NCBI RefSeq assembly: GCF_902459465.1
Contig: NC_047079.1
Span: 10,788,001-10,852,000, forward strand
Reading direction: 5' to 3'
Length of the DNA: 64,000 bases
From: Asterias rubens
Taxonomy: Eukaryota
Both the position numbers and the translations under genes were made by a program. This document shows positions 1 to 11,269 of this stretch, one piece after another. Numbering within the stretch: the first letter of the stretch is position 1; every line of letters begins with the position of its first letter. The notes under the pieces are model-generated. The model searched no databases, had not been told where the DNA came from, and saw only the letters and a list, made by a program, of their open reading frames with translations.

Positions 1-1701
1 AATTCTTCGCATTTATGACCAGCATCTTCAGAAGCTGAGTATGGACACACTCTAAAAAAAAACTGCTCAACCTTGGCTAAGATTCTTGCCCTTTCGCTTT
101 ATAAAGGGAAATTGGCCGTTCACTTGCGGTAAAATTGTTGCAGAACATCAAAGTATAAAGCAAAAAACATCATAGATAAACCAAGTGAGAAGACTGGTCT
201 TTGACAATTACCAATAGTATACAGTGTCTTTAAGTGACAGGTGCAGCATCTTAACAGCACAGTTGGGTAAGAAGTTTACCCATGTGACGTCAAAGTTCCC
301 TTTATACTCCAAACACAAGTAAACTTTTATCAACCTTCTTTTTGGTGTAAACTGGATTATCTCATCGGTATCATGTGACAACACCATGGTGTACTTTTGA
401 TCACCCCGGTTTTTTCATTTAATAGTAAAACAAAAAATACAACCTACCAAACTCTGGTTATCGAGGGGCTTCATTTGAAGGAAGTGGTGGTTCAGTCAAG
501 AAAACCAAGGGCATCTGATGCGGATGCAGCTGGACAATACATTGCCACGCTATAACACGTCAGTCAATGGTTATGTGTGGATAACTGAAATAATGCACTT
601 ATTATGGGTCTGAGGAAGTACTTGACTGATTTGCGTTAAACAAAAGGAGGAAACTGGCATGCCATTTAAAACATATGACTCATCCATCCCCGGTTGTCTA
701 CAAAAAAGAAGAAAAAAAAATTATTAAACAAAACAAAAATAGTCTGAAGTACGGTGTTGTGATTATTGTTTGAAGGAGAACTGTATACTGAGTGCACTCA
801 TGCAAAAACTGGGGTGTTAAAATGACACACCATTGGTGTTGTCATTACTTTACACCAAAACAAGAGTGAAAATATACACCTGGGTGTTTAAATAATACCT
901 ATTTATCCCAACACAATTACATTAGTGTGACAAGGCCTTACTTTAGTATATATTTTAAGTTTTGTTATGCTTGTACATATGAATGTATAGATAGCTATTT
1001 CTCACTTTATAGAAGAGAACAATAATTCTTCAAAGGTAAAAGCAATACCGACGGGGTGTCTTTCCTTAAAGCATTACGTACACCGGTTTATTGTTCACAG
1101 CTAACACGTGCATCCAAACGGTCTATGAGTTTGCAAATTACACAATGACGGCCGTGTTTAAATAATTTTAATCAAGTGGTTACATTGAAGAGTATAAGTC
1201 TTTCCCACGAATAGCAATTAATCACCCTCTAACACTACAGCCAAATGGGCAAGGCCACGGCACACCCATGGTATTACGCAACCCGCAGGCCAAGCACTGG
1301 TTTCCACCGGTGCATTTTCACACAGAAGCCATGAATCTGCTTAATTTGTTTTCGTTGCAAAAAAAAGGATAACAAAATCAACCCGTAACCTTCCCTCAAA
1401 TAACTGTTCCAGCAGACTTGTTATAAAGTGTATGACGTGGGCGGAAAGCGTTGTTAAAACAGTTTGTTTTGTTTTGGGCCGGAAAAGGGTAGAGTTCATT
1501 TTTTTTGTTCAACCAGTTGCACATCCTTTGTAGGATTAACTTTTAATAAGGAAAAGCAAAGATCATTAGATTCATTTTGTCTGTGTCGCAGTTTCAGTAG
1601 TCGAATGGTCATGGTAACAAGGATATCTTGTAAACTCTAGCGTGGAAATCTTTTCAGATTGGCATTTAGAAAATTTACTGTCAAGAAATCAATTGTTAAG
1701 T

Positions 1702-3831
1702 ATGGCGACGTTGTGCCGATTTGTGTTTTTCCTGGTTGGAGTTTTGTACACCTCAGACGCGGAGGATTTCTTCGTGGAAAACCCTATGTCCATAGAGGTG
1801 ACACTCGGTGGAGACGTACATTTCTGGTGCCAAACTGCAGACTCTTTTGATTGTGTTAACATGAACTGGGTGTTTACACCGTCGAAGACTGAAGGTGATC
1901 CATTCGGCACCATCGGAACATGCAGGACCCCAAATTACTGGGATAGCGCTGTGAATCAACGCCTGACCCAGTCGTTCGAACATGGAAGATTTGGGTTGCA
2001 CATTACAAACGTTAGTTACGGAGACAGTGGACGCTACAGCTGCTGGGTGACGAAGGCTGTTGGAGGCGACGCAATTAGTGAGTACTCGGCGGTAGCGTTT
2101 CTGACGGTCCTCTCGCCCGTGCCAACTCCACTTTGTAGGTATACCCCGGAGGTTGTGTCTATAGGCAACGAGGTGCAGTTAATTTGTGGGGTACCGCGTG
2201 ATGCTTTTATGGAAACCGTCAAACTAACGTGGGTGCATGAGACCCCTGGCCCAGTACGAGGCGTGATAGTCGAACGTGGACGGACCTTCAGTATACCTCT
2301 CACACTCTCCGAAAGTGACAACTACAAGGTGTTTACTTGTGTTGCTGGTACAGACTTTACCAACGGACCAAACTGCACGCTTTCCCCACTGCAGATTCCC
2401 ATGACGGTTGAGATAACCCCCATCCTCGGTGAAGCTCAAACCAAGTTTGTCTGTAATGCGGATGCCGTACCCCCTGTTACAAATTACCACTGGAGTGTTC
2501 AGGAGATGGACAGTTCTTCCAATGAGTGGACAAATATCCAGATAGATAGCAGTCATATAGAAAACGAGGGTGCAACTCTTGTATTGACCACTGGAAGGGA
2601 CATTGGACTTAGGTTGTCGACCACCTGCACAGCTTCAAATAGCATTGGGTTAACCAAGTCTAGCGCCCCAGTTAGTACACTTCAGTGCAGCAGTGGTGTG
2701 ATAGTTACAGAGTTGACCCGTTGCAAAGACCTACCTGAGACTACCTCAGCTATGGTAACTACTGCGAAATCAACACGCTCTGTAAGAACAGGTCGTCCTC
2801 AAGGAACTGACGATGGTATTGGTATTTATGTCTGGATCATAGTAGCTGCAGTGGCATTATTGGTGATAGTCGCTATTATCTGCTGTATCTTCTTGGTTAG
2901 GTACAGACGAACAAGTAAGAGCAAGAAAGCAACAGACAATGATCTCATTGATACGGGGGTAGTGTATAATACCGACATGGGATCGGTTGATCTTCGCAGT
3001 CACACCGGTACATCAGAGTCCAACGCGCTCATGATGGAAGCTGAAGTTGTTCTGGCAGCATCCAATTCATCTTTACAACAACTCGATAACCGTCTCGAGC
3101 AGACAACCGGGAACAACTCTCCTCGGATCGTTGCACCCTCGTCGAGTGACGGGCTTGGGTACGGAGAAACCTACGCATCAATCGATAATTTTCACCAACC
3201 ACAGAGACCCAATCAATCAGGACTTCGTCACTCAGCAGGGGATTTAAGTTCAGGTCCTCACAAGTCGAGCCACGATGGGTACGATACAATTGGACCAGAT
3301 ATCTTTCAGCAGTCTGTAAGCTTTGATGGAAGTACACGAAGAAACCCTTCAGAGGTAGACTTAGTTGACAGTACATATGCGTCAGTCGGTAACGACCGAC
3401 ATGATGAGGTTCGAATCCCACCAGAGCTTGCCACTCAACCTTGTGCATATGAGTCTATTGATCTCAACATCTCTCAAGTTCGCACTTCCGTTCGAGACTC
3501 TTCGTCGCTGAAGAAAGTATGTGTCGTTTCACCAACTTGTCACCTGAAGGATGGTGTTGATAACCAGGTTGTATATGCGATGCCAGACAAACAGCGAAAG
3601 TCCAAAATGGACAATGGTGACAACAAAACCGACCAGGAACCTCCGGCTGGCATTGTCTACGCCAAGCCAGATAAAAAGCACAAGAAGCCTGTTGAAAAAT
3701 ATAGGAAGAAGTCCACTAATAGTGACAACACTTCAAACCCTTCTATCAAATCAAGACCACAAATGTTCCCGAAGGTCTTTACGCGATGCCGGACAAGTCA
3801 CAAAACAGATCATCAGTTTCCTCATCAGTGA
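1702..3831 (+). CDS. Intronless type-I Ig-superfamily receptor, paralog A (signal peptide, V-set plus two C2/I-like Ig domains, TM, long Tyr-motif tail); this frame ends early at a frameshift
   Basis: ATG at 1702 in good context (AAGTATGG), then signal peptide MATLCRFVFFLVGVLYTSDA. V-domain hallmarks HFWC...MNW...FGLHITNVSYGDSGRYSC. Two further C...W...C Ig folds (LICG..LTWV..FTCV; FVCN..YHWS..TTCTASN). TM GIYVWIIVAAVALLVIVAIICCIFLV at 2821-2898. The ORF-track GTG start at 1642 is upstream of the real signal peptide. Confidence 0.88.
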   Translation: MATLCRFVFFLVGVLYTSDAEDFFVENPMSIEVTLGGDVHFWCQTADSFDCVNMNWVFTPSKTEGDPFGTIGTCRTPNYWDSAVNQRLTQSFEHGRFGLHITNVSYGDSGRYSCWVTKAVGGDAISEYSAVAFLTVLSPVPTPLCRYTPEVVSIGNEVQLICGVPRDAFMETVKLTWVHETPGPVRGVIVERGRTFSIPLTLSESDNYKVFTCVAGTDFTNGPNCTLSPLQIPMTVEITPILGEAQTKFVCNADAVPPVTNYHWSVQEMDSSSNEWTNIQIDSSHIENEGATLVLTTGRDIGLRLSTTCTASNSIGLTKSSAPVSTLQCSSGVIVTELTRCKDLPETTSAMVTTAKSTRSVRTGRPQGTDDGIGIYVWIIVAAVALLVIVAIICCIFLVRYRRTSKSKKATDNDLIDTGVVYNTDMGSVDLRSHTGTSESNALMMEAEVVLAASNSSLQQLDNRLEQTTGNNSPRIVAPSSSDGLGYGETYASIDNFHQPQRPNQSGLRHSAGDLSSGPHKSSHDGYDTIGPDIFQQSVSFDGSTRRNPSEVDLVDSTYASVGNDRHDEVRIPPELATQPCAYESIDLNISQVRTSVRDSSSLKKVCVVSPTCHLKDGVDNQVVYAMPDKQRKSKMDNGDNKTDQEPPAGIVYAKPDKKHKKPVEKYRKKSTNSDNTSNPSIKSRPQMFPKVFTRCRTSHKTDHQFPHQ

Positions 3832-4172
3832 ACCCTCAAGATGCAAGAGATGATACCACCAACTTGAGGAGTACAATCTCAGAAAAGGACTTGCCATCTA
3901 AGATCCAAAACCAAGCTTTATATCGGAGTAATTCCATAACTCCAAAGAAACCACACCGCACTGCTAGTTCCAAAGTTGCTGGCTCGAAGATTTTGAGAGA
4001 TTCTATAAAAAGACAAAGCGATTCACGATCTATTTCAAGGAGTTCCTCAACTGAGGACAACCTGGAAGCAAGCACGCCCTCTGTCGTTCCTGCTGAATCA
4101 GACATCGTTCGGAAAGTAGACACTTCTTCGAGTATACCGATCTACGCAGTGCTTGAAAAGGGTTCACAATAG
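3726..4172 (+). CDS. Out-of-frame (-1) continuation of the paralog A cytoplasmic tail
   Basis: This frame is open from 3726. It reads ...VPEGLYAMPDK..., repeating the YAMPDK/YAKPDK motifs of the upstream frame, and ends IPIYAVLEKGSQ*, matching paralog B's end PPVYAVLEADNNEKSE*. Joining gives 823 aa from ATG 1702. Confidence 0.8.
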   Translation, partial: QHFKPFYQIKTTNVPEGLYAMPDKSQNRSSVSSSVNPQDARDDTTNLRSTISEKDLPSKIQNQALYRSNSITPKKPHRTASSKVAGSKILRDSIKRQSDSRSISRSSSTEDNLEASTPSVVPAESDIVRKVDTSSSIPIYAVLEKGSQ

Positions 4173-4333
4173 AAGAAAACCCGACTGGATTTGTCTGAAA
4201 ATATCAGTATGAATCCTTCGTGTGTCTCATCAGCACATACCTTTTCGCAAATGGCCATTGCGCAAACGCTATCTGTTGTATGAGGCGCATGCTGGTTTAG
4301 CTAGCGATCAGACTTGATCGCTAGCTAAACCAG

Positions 4334-4556
4334 GGTCCAATCTCATAGAGCTGCTTAAGCACTAAATTGTGCTTAAGCAAAACAATCCTTGCTTAGTAAA
4401 ATCAGATTACCGACCAAGACTCCACTCAACTGTTATGCTAAGTAAACAACAGCTAAATACCAGTCACAAGCAGTGTATATGGCATGACATTTTGGCCAGT
4501 AACATGTGTAAAATAAGGGAGCTATTTTCGTGCTTGCAGCTCTATGAAATTGGCCC
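4334..4556. mobile_element. PIF/Harbinger-like MITE
   Basis: TIRs GGTCCAATCTCATAGAGCTGC / GCAGCTCTATGAAATTGGCCC, with CAG directly repeated on both sides. A second degenerate copy follows at ~4608-4797. Confidence 0.7.
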
Positions 4557-6984
4557 CAGAATGCACCTACCTCATTCCAAGCCTAACCTGCGCTTATTTG
4601 CGGTAAGGGCAAAATTACATAAAGCTGTTAAGCAGAAAATACTGCTTGACAAATGTCTTTGCTTAGCAAACATTGAGTAAGGCACAAGTTGCCACTATGT
4701 AAACTTTACGGAGTTTTGGCTGGTAACATGTTTCTGTTAAGCGGTACTTTCATGTGTTTTGCAAACTGTTGTGCTTCATTCTTTATAAAATTTGGCCCAG
4801 GACTAAAGAGCAATGTCTCTTCCCTTGCTCTAAGGATTCAAATGTACGCAATATTTGCATTTCGAATAATATTCGGTCGACGGATGCTTGTGTATCGTCG
4901 AATACTTCGATCATTGGATTCACCTCATGAAAAATGGAACTGTCTAAATTTCACATCGTGATTATATTCTGCTATATTGTACTTATATCATTTGCATCCG
5001 ATATTTGGATAATATTCAATGTTAACCAACTAATATGAGCCGGGGGTAATTTCACCAACCTATAGGACTAGCCCTGTAGGAGATATTAAAAACTTAATGT
5101 TAAGCCCTAAGTTCCCAACTCGAGATAAGACTGGTAACTCTTTGTGTAACCCCTGGTTGTACACTGCCAGAGCAAACAGACATAATATTTCACAGTTGCA
5201 TGTTGGCTCTTTTATTTGAAAAAAATAATGTATATAGTTTTCACAAGAGATTGGACCCGATTCCATAGAGCTAGGCAACAAGTAGCTAAGCTCAACAACA
5301 AACATTATTTTATACCATCCAAACTACGATGTCGTACGTTCAATTTGTGGCTGGTGGCCTAGTCATTTCTGCTTATAGGCAATTGTTAATTCCATTCAAA
5401 TTAATTTTAAAAAACTTTAATAATCCTCAATCAAACTTTAAGTTTAAGCACATTTTGGGGGCTTAATGAGCTCTACGAAAACCCTGGCTGCATAATTGTA
5501 CGATTTAAATCAAAACCAGTGCCACTGTTTTTTGTTTTGTTATAATTATGATATTTTATCGAAACAGAAATAGCGCTGTTTTTTTTTGTTTTTTTTCGTG
5601 CCGTAATAAATTCAAGTTGTATAGCTTAAATATAAAGTGCTTTATGAAGAAGTATTGTTTTGTATATAGGCCTAAAACTCGACTAGTCTAAAAGTATTTC
5701 TTTTAAATTGGTTCCGCTGAAATTCGCGAATGAAGTATACTGAGACGAACTGTTGTCTTAATTGTTGGTAAAGTGTCTATATTTATTCTAATAGAACGAT
5801 CAGTTGAATTGGACTGTGACATTTTGTGACAGGTAGAGATAAAGAATCTCATCCGGAAGAATTATACCATTTCCTTATGATTAACCTATTTCCGAATCGG
5901 GAATTACGCGTGGCCTTAAAGGGCAGAACGTTTCTCTTTTAAAGGAGCAGAGTTGTATACTCGTACACTTTGTTGATGATGACTCGCTTGGTGTGACGCC
6001 ATGAAATATATTGTATAAGTTAACTGTACCCGTTGAGAAAGAAATATGCACACCAGCCAGATTCGTGGGTACACTTTGTCTGAAAGACACAATTGTGAAC
6101 AAAATGTAGTGTGGGCCATGCACTGCAAAAACAAGGTTTTATTTTATACAAACATTTCAGCAACCAGGAGCAGTCGCAAAAGGCAAAGCAGTTTTCATGA
6201 CGTGAAAGTGAATGTTTACAAACCGTTTAGTCTTTGTATCACATTATAACATTGATTGAGAGTATAATTATTTATAAATGTTATGGTAAATACTTTTCAA
6301 TTTATATGTATATAGATTACAACGTACACTTGTTTATGGTCCATTTTGAACCACCCGGAGGTGTGCCGGGTGGATATTCAAACGGTACATTAGTTCATTC
6401 GTTACTTTTTTGTAGACGGTGTATATCATAGGTCTACACAATTTAACATTTCTTAATTATAAAAGCTCATTACCGAAATAGTTTTGCACTTCTATTTCCC
6501 ATCAATCGTTTGCCCGATCGAGAGGCTTAAATTTGTGTGGTCAAAGGTTGCTTATAAACTCTGACTAAATATTGTTCGATAAAATCACTGACTAGAGTGC
6601 ACCTTTAAAAGTTATTTGTCAATTATTATAATTGAGTGTATTAATATCCTCATAACTTTTCAAAAGCCATGTTCTCCTGTACTTGGTATTACATTCACTT
6701 ATTAACAGGTGTCAAAAATAAATGGATAGTTCCTTTTACTGACGAAACTGAACCCGTGTGTGAGATTACAAACATCACTTTCGGCACAGTGGGATACCTT
6801 ACTTTCATCAAAATTAATTCTACTTTCTTTAAGAACGGGGCCCAGTTTCATACAGCTGCTGAAGCAGGAAATATCTTCACAATATTTTCTACTTTAGCAA
6901 AATGGAGCAGGATACCAGTCATAAATTTGTACATGTGACATAATATTTGGGCTGGTAACCTGTACTATTTTTAGACTGTGCTGG

Positions 6985-7445
6985 TGTCCGCCATGCAACA
7001 CTCTCCGGTCCGGACACTTTTGCATATGCAATAATGTCCGAGGCTATGCAAAAACCGTCCGGTGGACATTTACATGACTGTACATGTGCGCACGTAAGTG
7101 AGCATGCATGCACTGAACCTACGTATATGCAGCATGAATATTCACGTATGGTTGCAGCAAATACCCAACGGCCGGACATTTCCCATGTCATTCATGACAT
7201 GCACTTAGCTTGTAAAAAAAAGGTGAACGTGTTCCGTCGACCAAGGGCGTTTAATTTACTGCAAGGACGGTTTTGCACGGGGCGGACACAACTGCATATG
7301 CAAATGTGTCCGGGCGGACACAATTGCATTATGCAGCAGCGTCCGGGCGGACACGATTGCATATGCAAAACCGTCCGGCGGACATAATGGCATATGCAAA
7401 AATGTCCTCCGGATAGTATTGCATAGCGGACATAATTGCATGCGA
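6985..7445. repeat. Modular array of GTCCG(G)GCGGAC and TGCATATGCA short palindromes
   Basis: Alternating motifs recur many times in both orientations. Confidence 0.6.
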
Positions 7446-9314
7446 CACCGGTACACAGTGGTGTCCGACCCCCCCCCCTCGCCCCACGTCGATCCTTTCT
7501 TTATCTGCAAGGATAACGGTAACGGCAAGTACTTGCTTTTCAGAACCAGTATTTCATTGGATACAATGATGTCACTGGATAAACATGCAGTGAATCACTA
7601 GCTTTCCATGCCTGTGTTTTAATTGGTCTGGAGGTGATGTGAGTGCAGCTGACAAACATCACCTCGGACCAATCAAACTTTCGGTCGTCTACTTGCAATT
7701 TAAGCTGTCTGCACTTAATGTTGGTATAGGATTCGATGGGTGTAGGTGGAAGGTGATTATGGACGGGGATTGACCTATAGGCCAGAGGTCACTCTCTGGC
7801 GTTATCGCGAGCCTCGATGTGTGACGTCAGATGAAGTAAAGGCTATTGGCTAATATAACCCCTCGTGTTTAAAAGAGCGGGGGGGGGCAAGCCGCGCAAC
7901 CACGTGTTCAGGGATTAAAAATGTGACTTTTTGGCACGAATTTGCTCAAGTGACGAGCATGCATCTGTTATTTGGACTGTTAAGTTCCGTGAGTAGTGAC
8001 TAGGAAGTATGATAGGTTTGCTTGTGTAAGCATGGGATTTCAAGTTATGTACCATAATATTCGTGCTGATGGAATAATAGGCATTGCCAATGTTCGCCGC
8101 AAAGGATGTCACATGTTGTTTTGTATACTCCATGTAGTTTAGTGCTGATCATTATCAACAAAAGGAAAATAATGCGAAATAGAAGCAACAATGATACCGA
8201 ATTGTTCCTGTCTTTTGTTTATTCGTCTTCTCAACAATGCAACATTAAGAGTTTGATTTGGTGAGCTTACAATTACAAGGCACAGCAAAAATATCAGTGA
8301 TAAAAAAATTGCGTAATTCTGCACTCCAAAAGAATAGAATTCGGAGGGCTAGGATTCCCACGCAAATGAAACAAAAGCCTATTCAATTCTAGCCCAATTA
8401 TATGGTAGGACTTTTCCTCTGCTGTGCTGTAGTATAAAATACGAAAGTGTAAGGCCACCAGGGCTGATTCAAATCTTGACGTTTCGCTTTGTGAATGTTA
8501 ACACAAGTAAAGAAACAAAAATGCAACCATATATATTTTTGTTTTGCTTGATGATGGATTGAACAATGCCAACTTTCGCTTTTCGGTTCATGTCATTCAA
8601 TCACCACCACAGTCACGTGAGCACTCTCCTGCTTGCAGTTTTTATTATACAAGTCCCTTGCTGAGTTTTTGTTGTTTTTCTGTGTTTTTCTTTCCTTTTT
8701 TTCATACTCTAGAGGACGTTGTACGCATTATCATTTGTGACACAATATGGCCACATGACAGTGTGTGTGACGTATACTTGATTCTAACTTACATACTCTC
8801 TTAATGTACATGTAAAAGAGTGCAAACCACTCGTTTTGTCCGCCACACCACTCACTTGAAAAGAGCTATGGTGGACAACTCTTTAGAATGAAAGACGGTT
8901 GCTTTCAACTCGATTTAGAGTGAAACTCGTTCAAAAGAGTGGAACTGACACCACTCGGACAAGAGAGTGAAACTTTCACTGTTTTACATCAATAGAGTAC
9001 TAAACTCTAGCAGTAGTTTCTACTCAGGAAACATACTACGTATAACTTGGATAGGTTCACACGTGTTGTAGATCTGATACAAAGAAAAACATTCTTAGTA
9101 TGTATCACTACACAATGTGCCTCCGTATATAAAGCAAGACACAGGGAACACGGCCAATTTATTCGATGTGATTGAAGTGGTGAACATTCTGGTGTTTTTT
9201 TAACAGTTATGGACACTCACAATTTCTACAAATTGTTACTATTGGTTCATAATATTTGCAATTAGACAACATCTCAAGTCGGTCATTCATCAACAGGACA
9301 CGCATTGGATAGTC

Positions 9315-11255
9315 ATGGCTCTTTATATTCGGTTGATATGCTTTTTTTTAATAGTTGGATGTATGGATGTATTGGGACAGCGCAGCAGCCCATTTGAAGA
9401 CACAGCCGGTTTGTTGACGATTCCAACCCCAGTTTGCAGGGTTAAAACCAAGGTCTTCATAAACACCACGGCACAATTAATATGCCAAATTAAGTCTTTT
9501 CAAGGCAATGAAAGTGTAAAATTAAAGTGGTCTTTTTTCACGAGGAGTGTTCGTGTGGAGGAAAAATCATCATCATTTGCTGCATTCCACCTTTTCACTG
9601 AAATGGACAACTACCGGGAATTCACTTGTGTTGCTGGTCCTGATAACCACGGGCCAAACTGCTCGTTAACTCCGTTGCAGATTCCAACAAACGTAACACT
9701 TCGTATTGTGGACAACGGAACAGATGACGGCACCATTGCGTTTAAATGTTACGCAGAAGCCGTACCTCGCCATACGTCTTACGTGTGGGGCGTGTTAGAA
9801 GCTGAAAGCTCCTCGGATAATAATTGGGTGGAACTTCAAGGTGACGACAAACGAATATCGGACAATGGCACTGTCCTGGTCATCTCACTCGGGAACATTG
9901 CTTCAAGGCCTGTATTAGTTGCTTGCACAGCGTCAAATGAACTGGGATTGACTGGGTCAGATACGCGTAAGTATCAATTTGTCCCGAATCAAAGCGTTCC
10001 TACCACACTCGCCATGCCGACAATGGTATCGCCCATAGATATCGACATGAGTGACACAGAAAAACTTGTCGTGATCGTTTTATCGGTTTTGATTATTACC
10101 ACAGTCACGACTGTTTCGTGCATCTGGATTTTGAGGTTCATGAGATTGCAGAGGAGGAAGACATCCGGAGGCAAATTTGATGGGGTAGAATTGAGCGATA
10201 GACAAGGCAGGTCTTCGGGACAACGACGTAGGCTCTGCGTCAATGATATCCACGTCTTGACTGGAAGTTCAGAAGACAATGCCATCATAATGATGGATGT
10301 TGGAAGTGGGGAATCCCCAGTTGACGTATCATCACCGGAAGTTCCGAGAAGCTCCCTCCCTCTGCATCCAAGCCGTCAGGGGGAAGAAGAGAGACGCGGC
10401 AACCCCGGGGAAGGAGGTAAAAAGAACGATGAGCTGGGTGATGAGTGTGGTGGCGCCCTTGTAGCTGGAAGTACTTTGCTGGACGCACGTGGTGCTTCAA
10501 ACAAACCCTGTCATGGATCATGCCAAAGGAATCGGAAACAAATCACCACGCACCAAGAGGATGATGATCTTCAGGATTCGAGTCAACCTCTTCAATCAGA
10601 TCCTCTCTTTGGAGAACCTTTTGGAGAAGATCAACAGTGGGGTATTTGGGATGCAGTTCAAGACGCAGGAGAGGGCGGCTCTAAGAAGGACATTGAATCC
10701 GAACCTCTGCACTACGGTTATTGTCTGATTAACCCAGAGTCATCATCTCAGACCGTCAACAAGTCGCATCCAGCAGGTGGAATAACTCAAGTCGACTGTG
10801 GCTATGCTTCCATAAGCATTGATGATATCTTAGACCAGGATCTAGAGACAGAGAAACACACCTCTTCAGGTAGCCCTTCTCGAGCAAGTGGGTACTCCGA
10901 CAAGAAAGTGTGTGTTGTCACGCCTCTTTGCCAACCACCACGATACTTAATGAATCGTGGGATATCAACCTCTATGACACCTTCGAGCCAGGATGTTTTG
11001 TACGCTGTCCCACATAAGCCACAATGCAAACCCCAAAAGCCTGCATTAATTGGAGATTCATCGAAAGCAAAGAAGGGACATCGTGGGACTACCTCGGGTT
11101 CTCAAACTTCAAAGAAATCAGAGCTCATTTATGCTGTCCCTGATAAACCAGGGAAACCAACTGCGTCGAGTTCTAATCGCCAGCAGCAATCTATTTCATG
11201 TGAACCACCGGTCTATGCGGTTCTTGAAGCCGACAACAACGAGAAGTCCGAATGA
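9315..11255 (+). CDS. Intronless type-I Ig-superfamily receptor, paralog B (signal peptide, two C2/I-like Ig domains, TM, Tyr-motif tail), 646 aa
   Basis: Signal peptide MALYIRLICFFLIVGCMDVLG. Aligns with paralog A: PTPVCR/PTPLCR, FTCVAGPDNHGPNCSLTPLQIP/FTCVAGTDFTNGPNCTLSPLQIP, CYAEAVP/CNADAVP, CTASNELGLT/CTASNSIGLT. TM KLVVIVLSVLIITTVTTVSCIWIL. Shared tail motifs KKVCVV[ST]P, YAxP and YAVLE. Confidence 0.88.
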   Translation: MALYIRLICFFLIVGCMDVLGQRSSPFEDTAGLLTIPTPVCRVKTKVFINTTAQLICQIKSFQGNESVKLKWSFFTRSVRVEEKSSSFAAFHLFTEMDNYREFTCVAGPDNHGPNCSLTPLQIPTNVTLRIVDNGTDDGTIAFKCYAEAVPRHTSYVWGVLEAESSSDNNWVELQGDDKRISDNGTVLVISLGNIASRPVLVACTASNELGLTGSDTRKYQFVPNQSVPTTLAMPTMVSPIDIDMSDTEKLVVIVLSVLIITTVTTVSCIWILRFMRLQRRKTSGGKFDGVELSDRQGRSSGQRRRLCVNDIHVLTGSSEDNAIIMMDVGSGESPVDVSSPEVPRSSLPLHPSRQGEEERRGNPGEGGKKNDELGDECGGALVAGSTLLDARGASNKPCHGSCQRNRKQITTHQEDDDLQDSSQPLQSDPLFGEPFGEDQQWGIWDAVQDAGEGGSKKDIESEPLHYGYCLINPESSSQTVNKSHPAGGITQVDCGYASISIDDILDQDLETEKHTSSGSPSRASGYSDKKVCVVTPLCQPPRYLMNRGISTSMTPSSQDVLYAVPHKPQCKPQKPALIGDSSKAKKGHRGTTSGSQTSKKSELIYAVPDKPGKPTASSSNRQQQSISCEPPVYAVLEADNNEKSE

Positions 11256-11269
11256 CAATCCAAATCCTG

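Noticed and set aside
1642-1701. GTG-initiated 20-aa N-terminal extension of Ig receptor A
   Set aside because: The signal peptide starts at ATG 1702 with good context, and a likely splice acceptor (TTTTCAG, 1651-1657) lies inside the extension.
3551-3853. 100-aa +1-frame ORF as the continuation of receptor A
   Set aside because: It carries no conserved motifs, whereas the -1 frame has LYAMPDK and IYAVLE.
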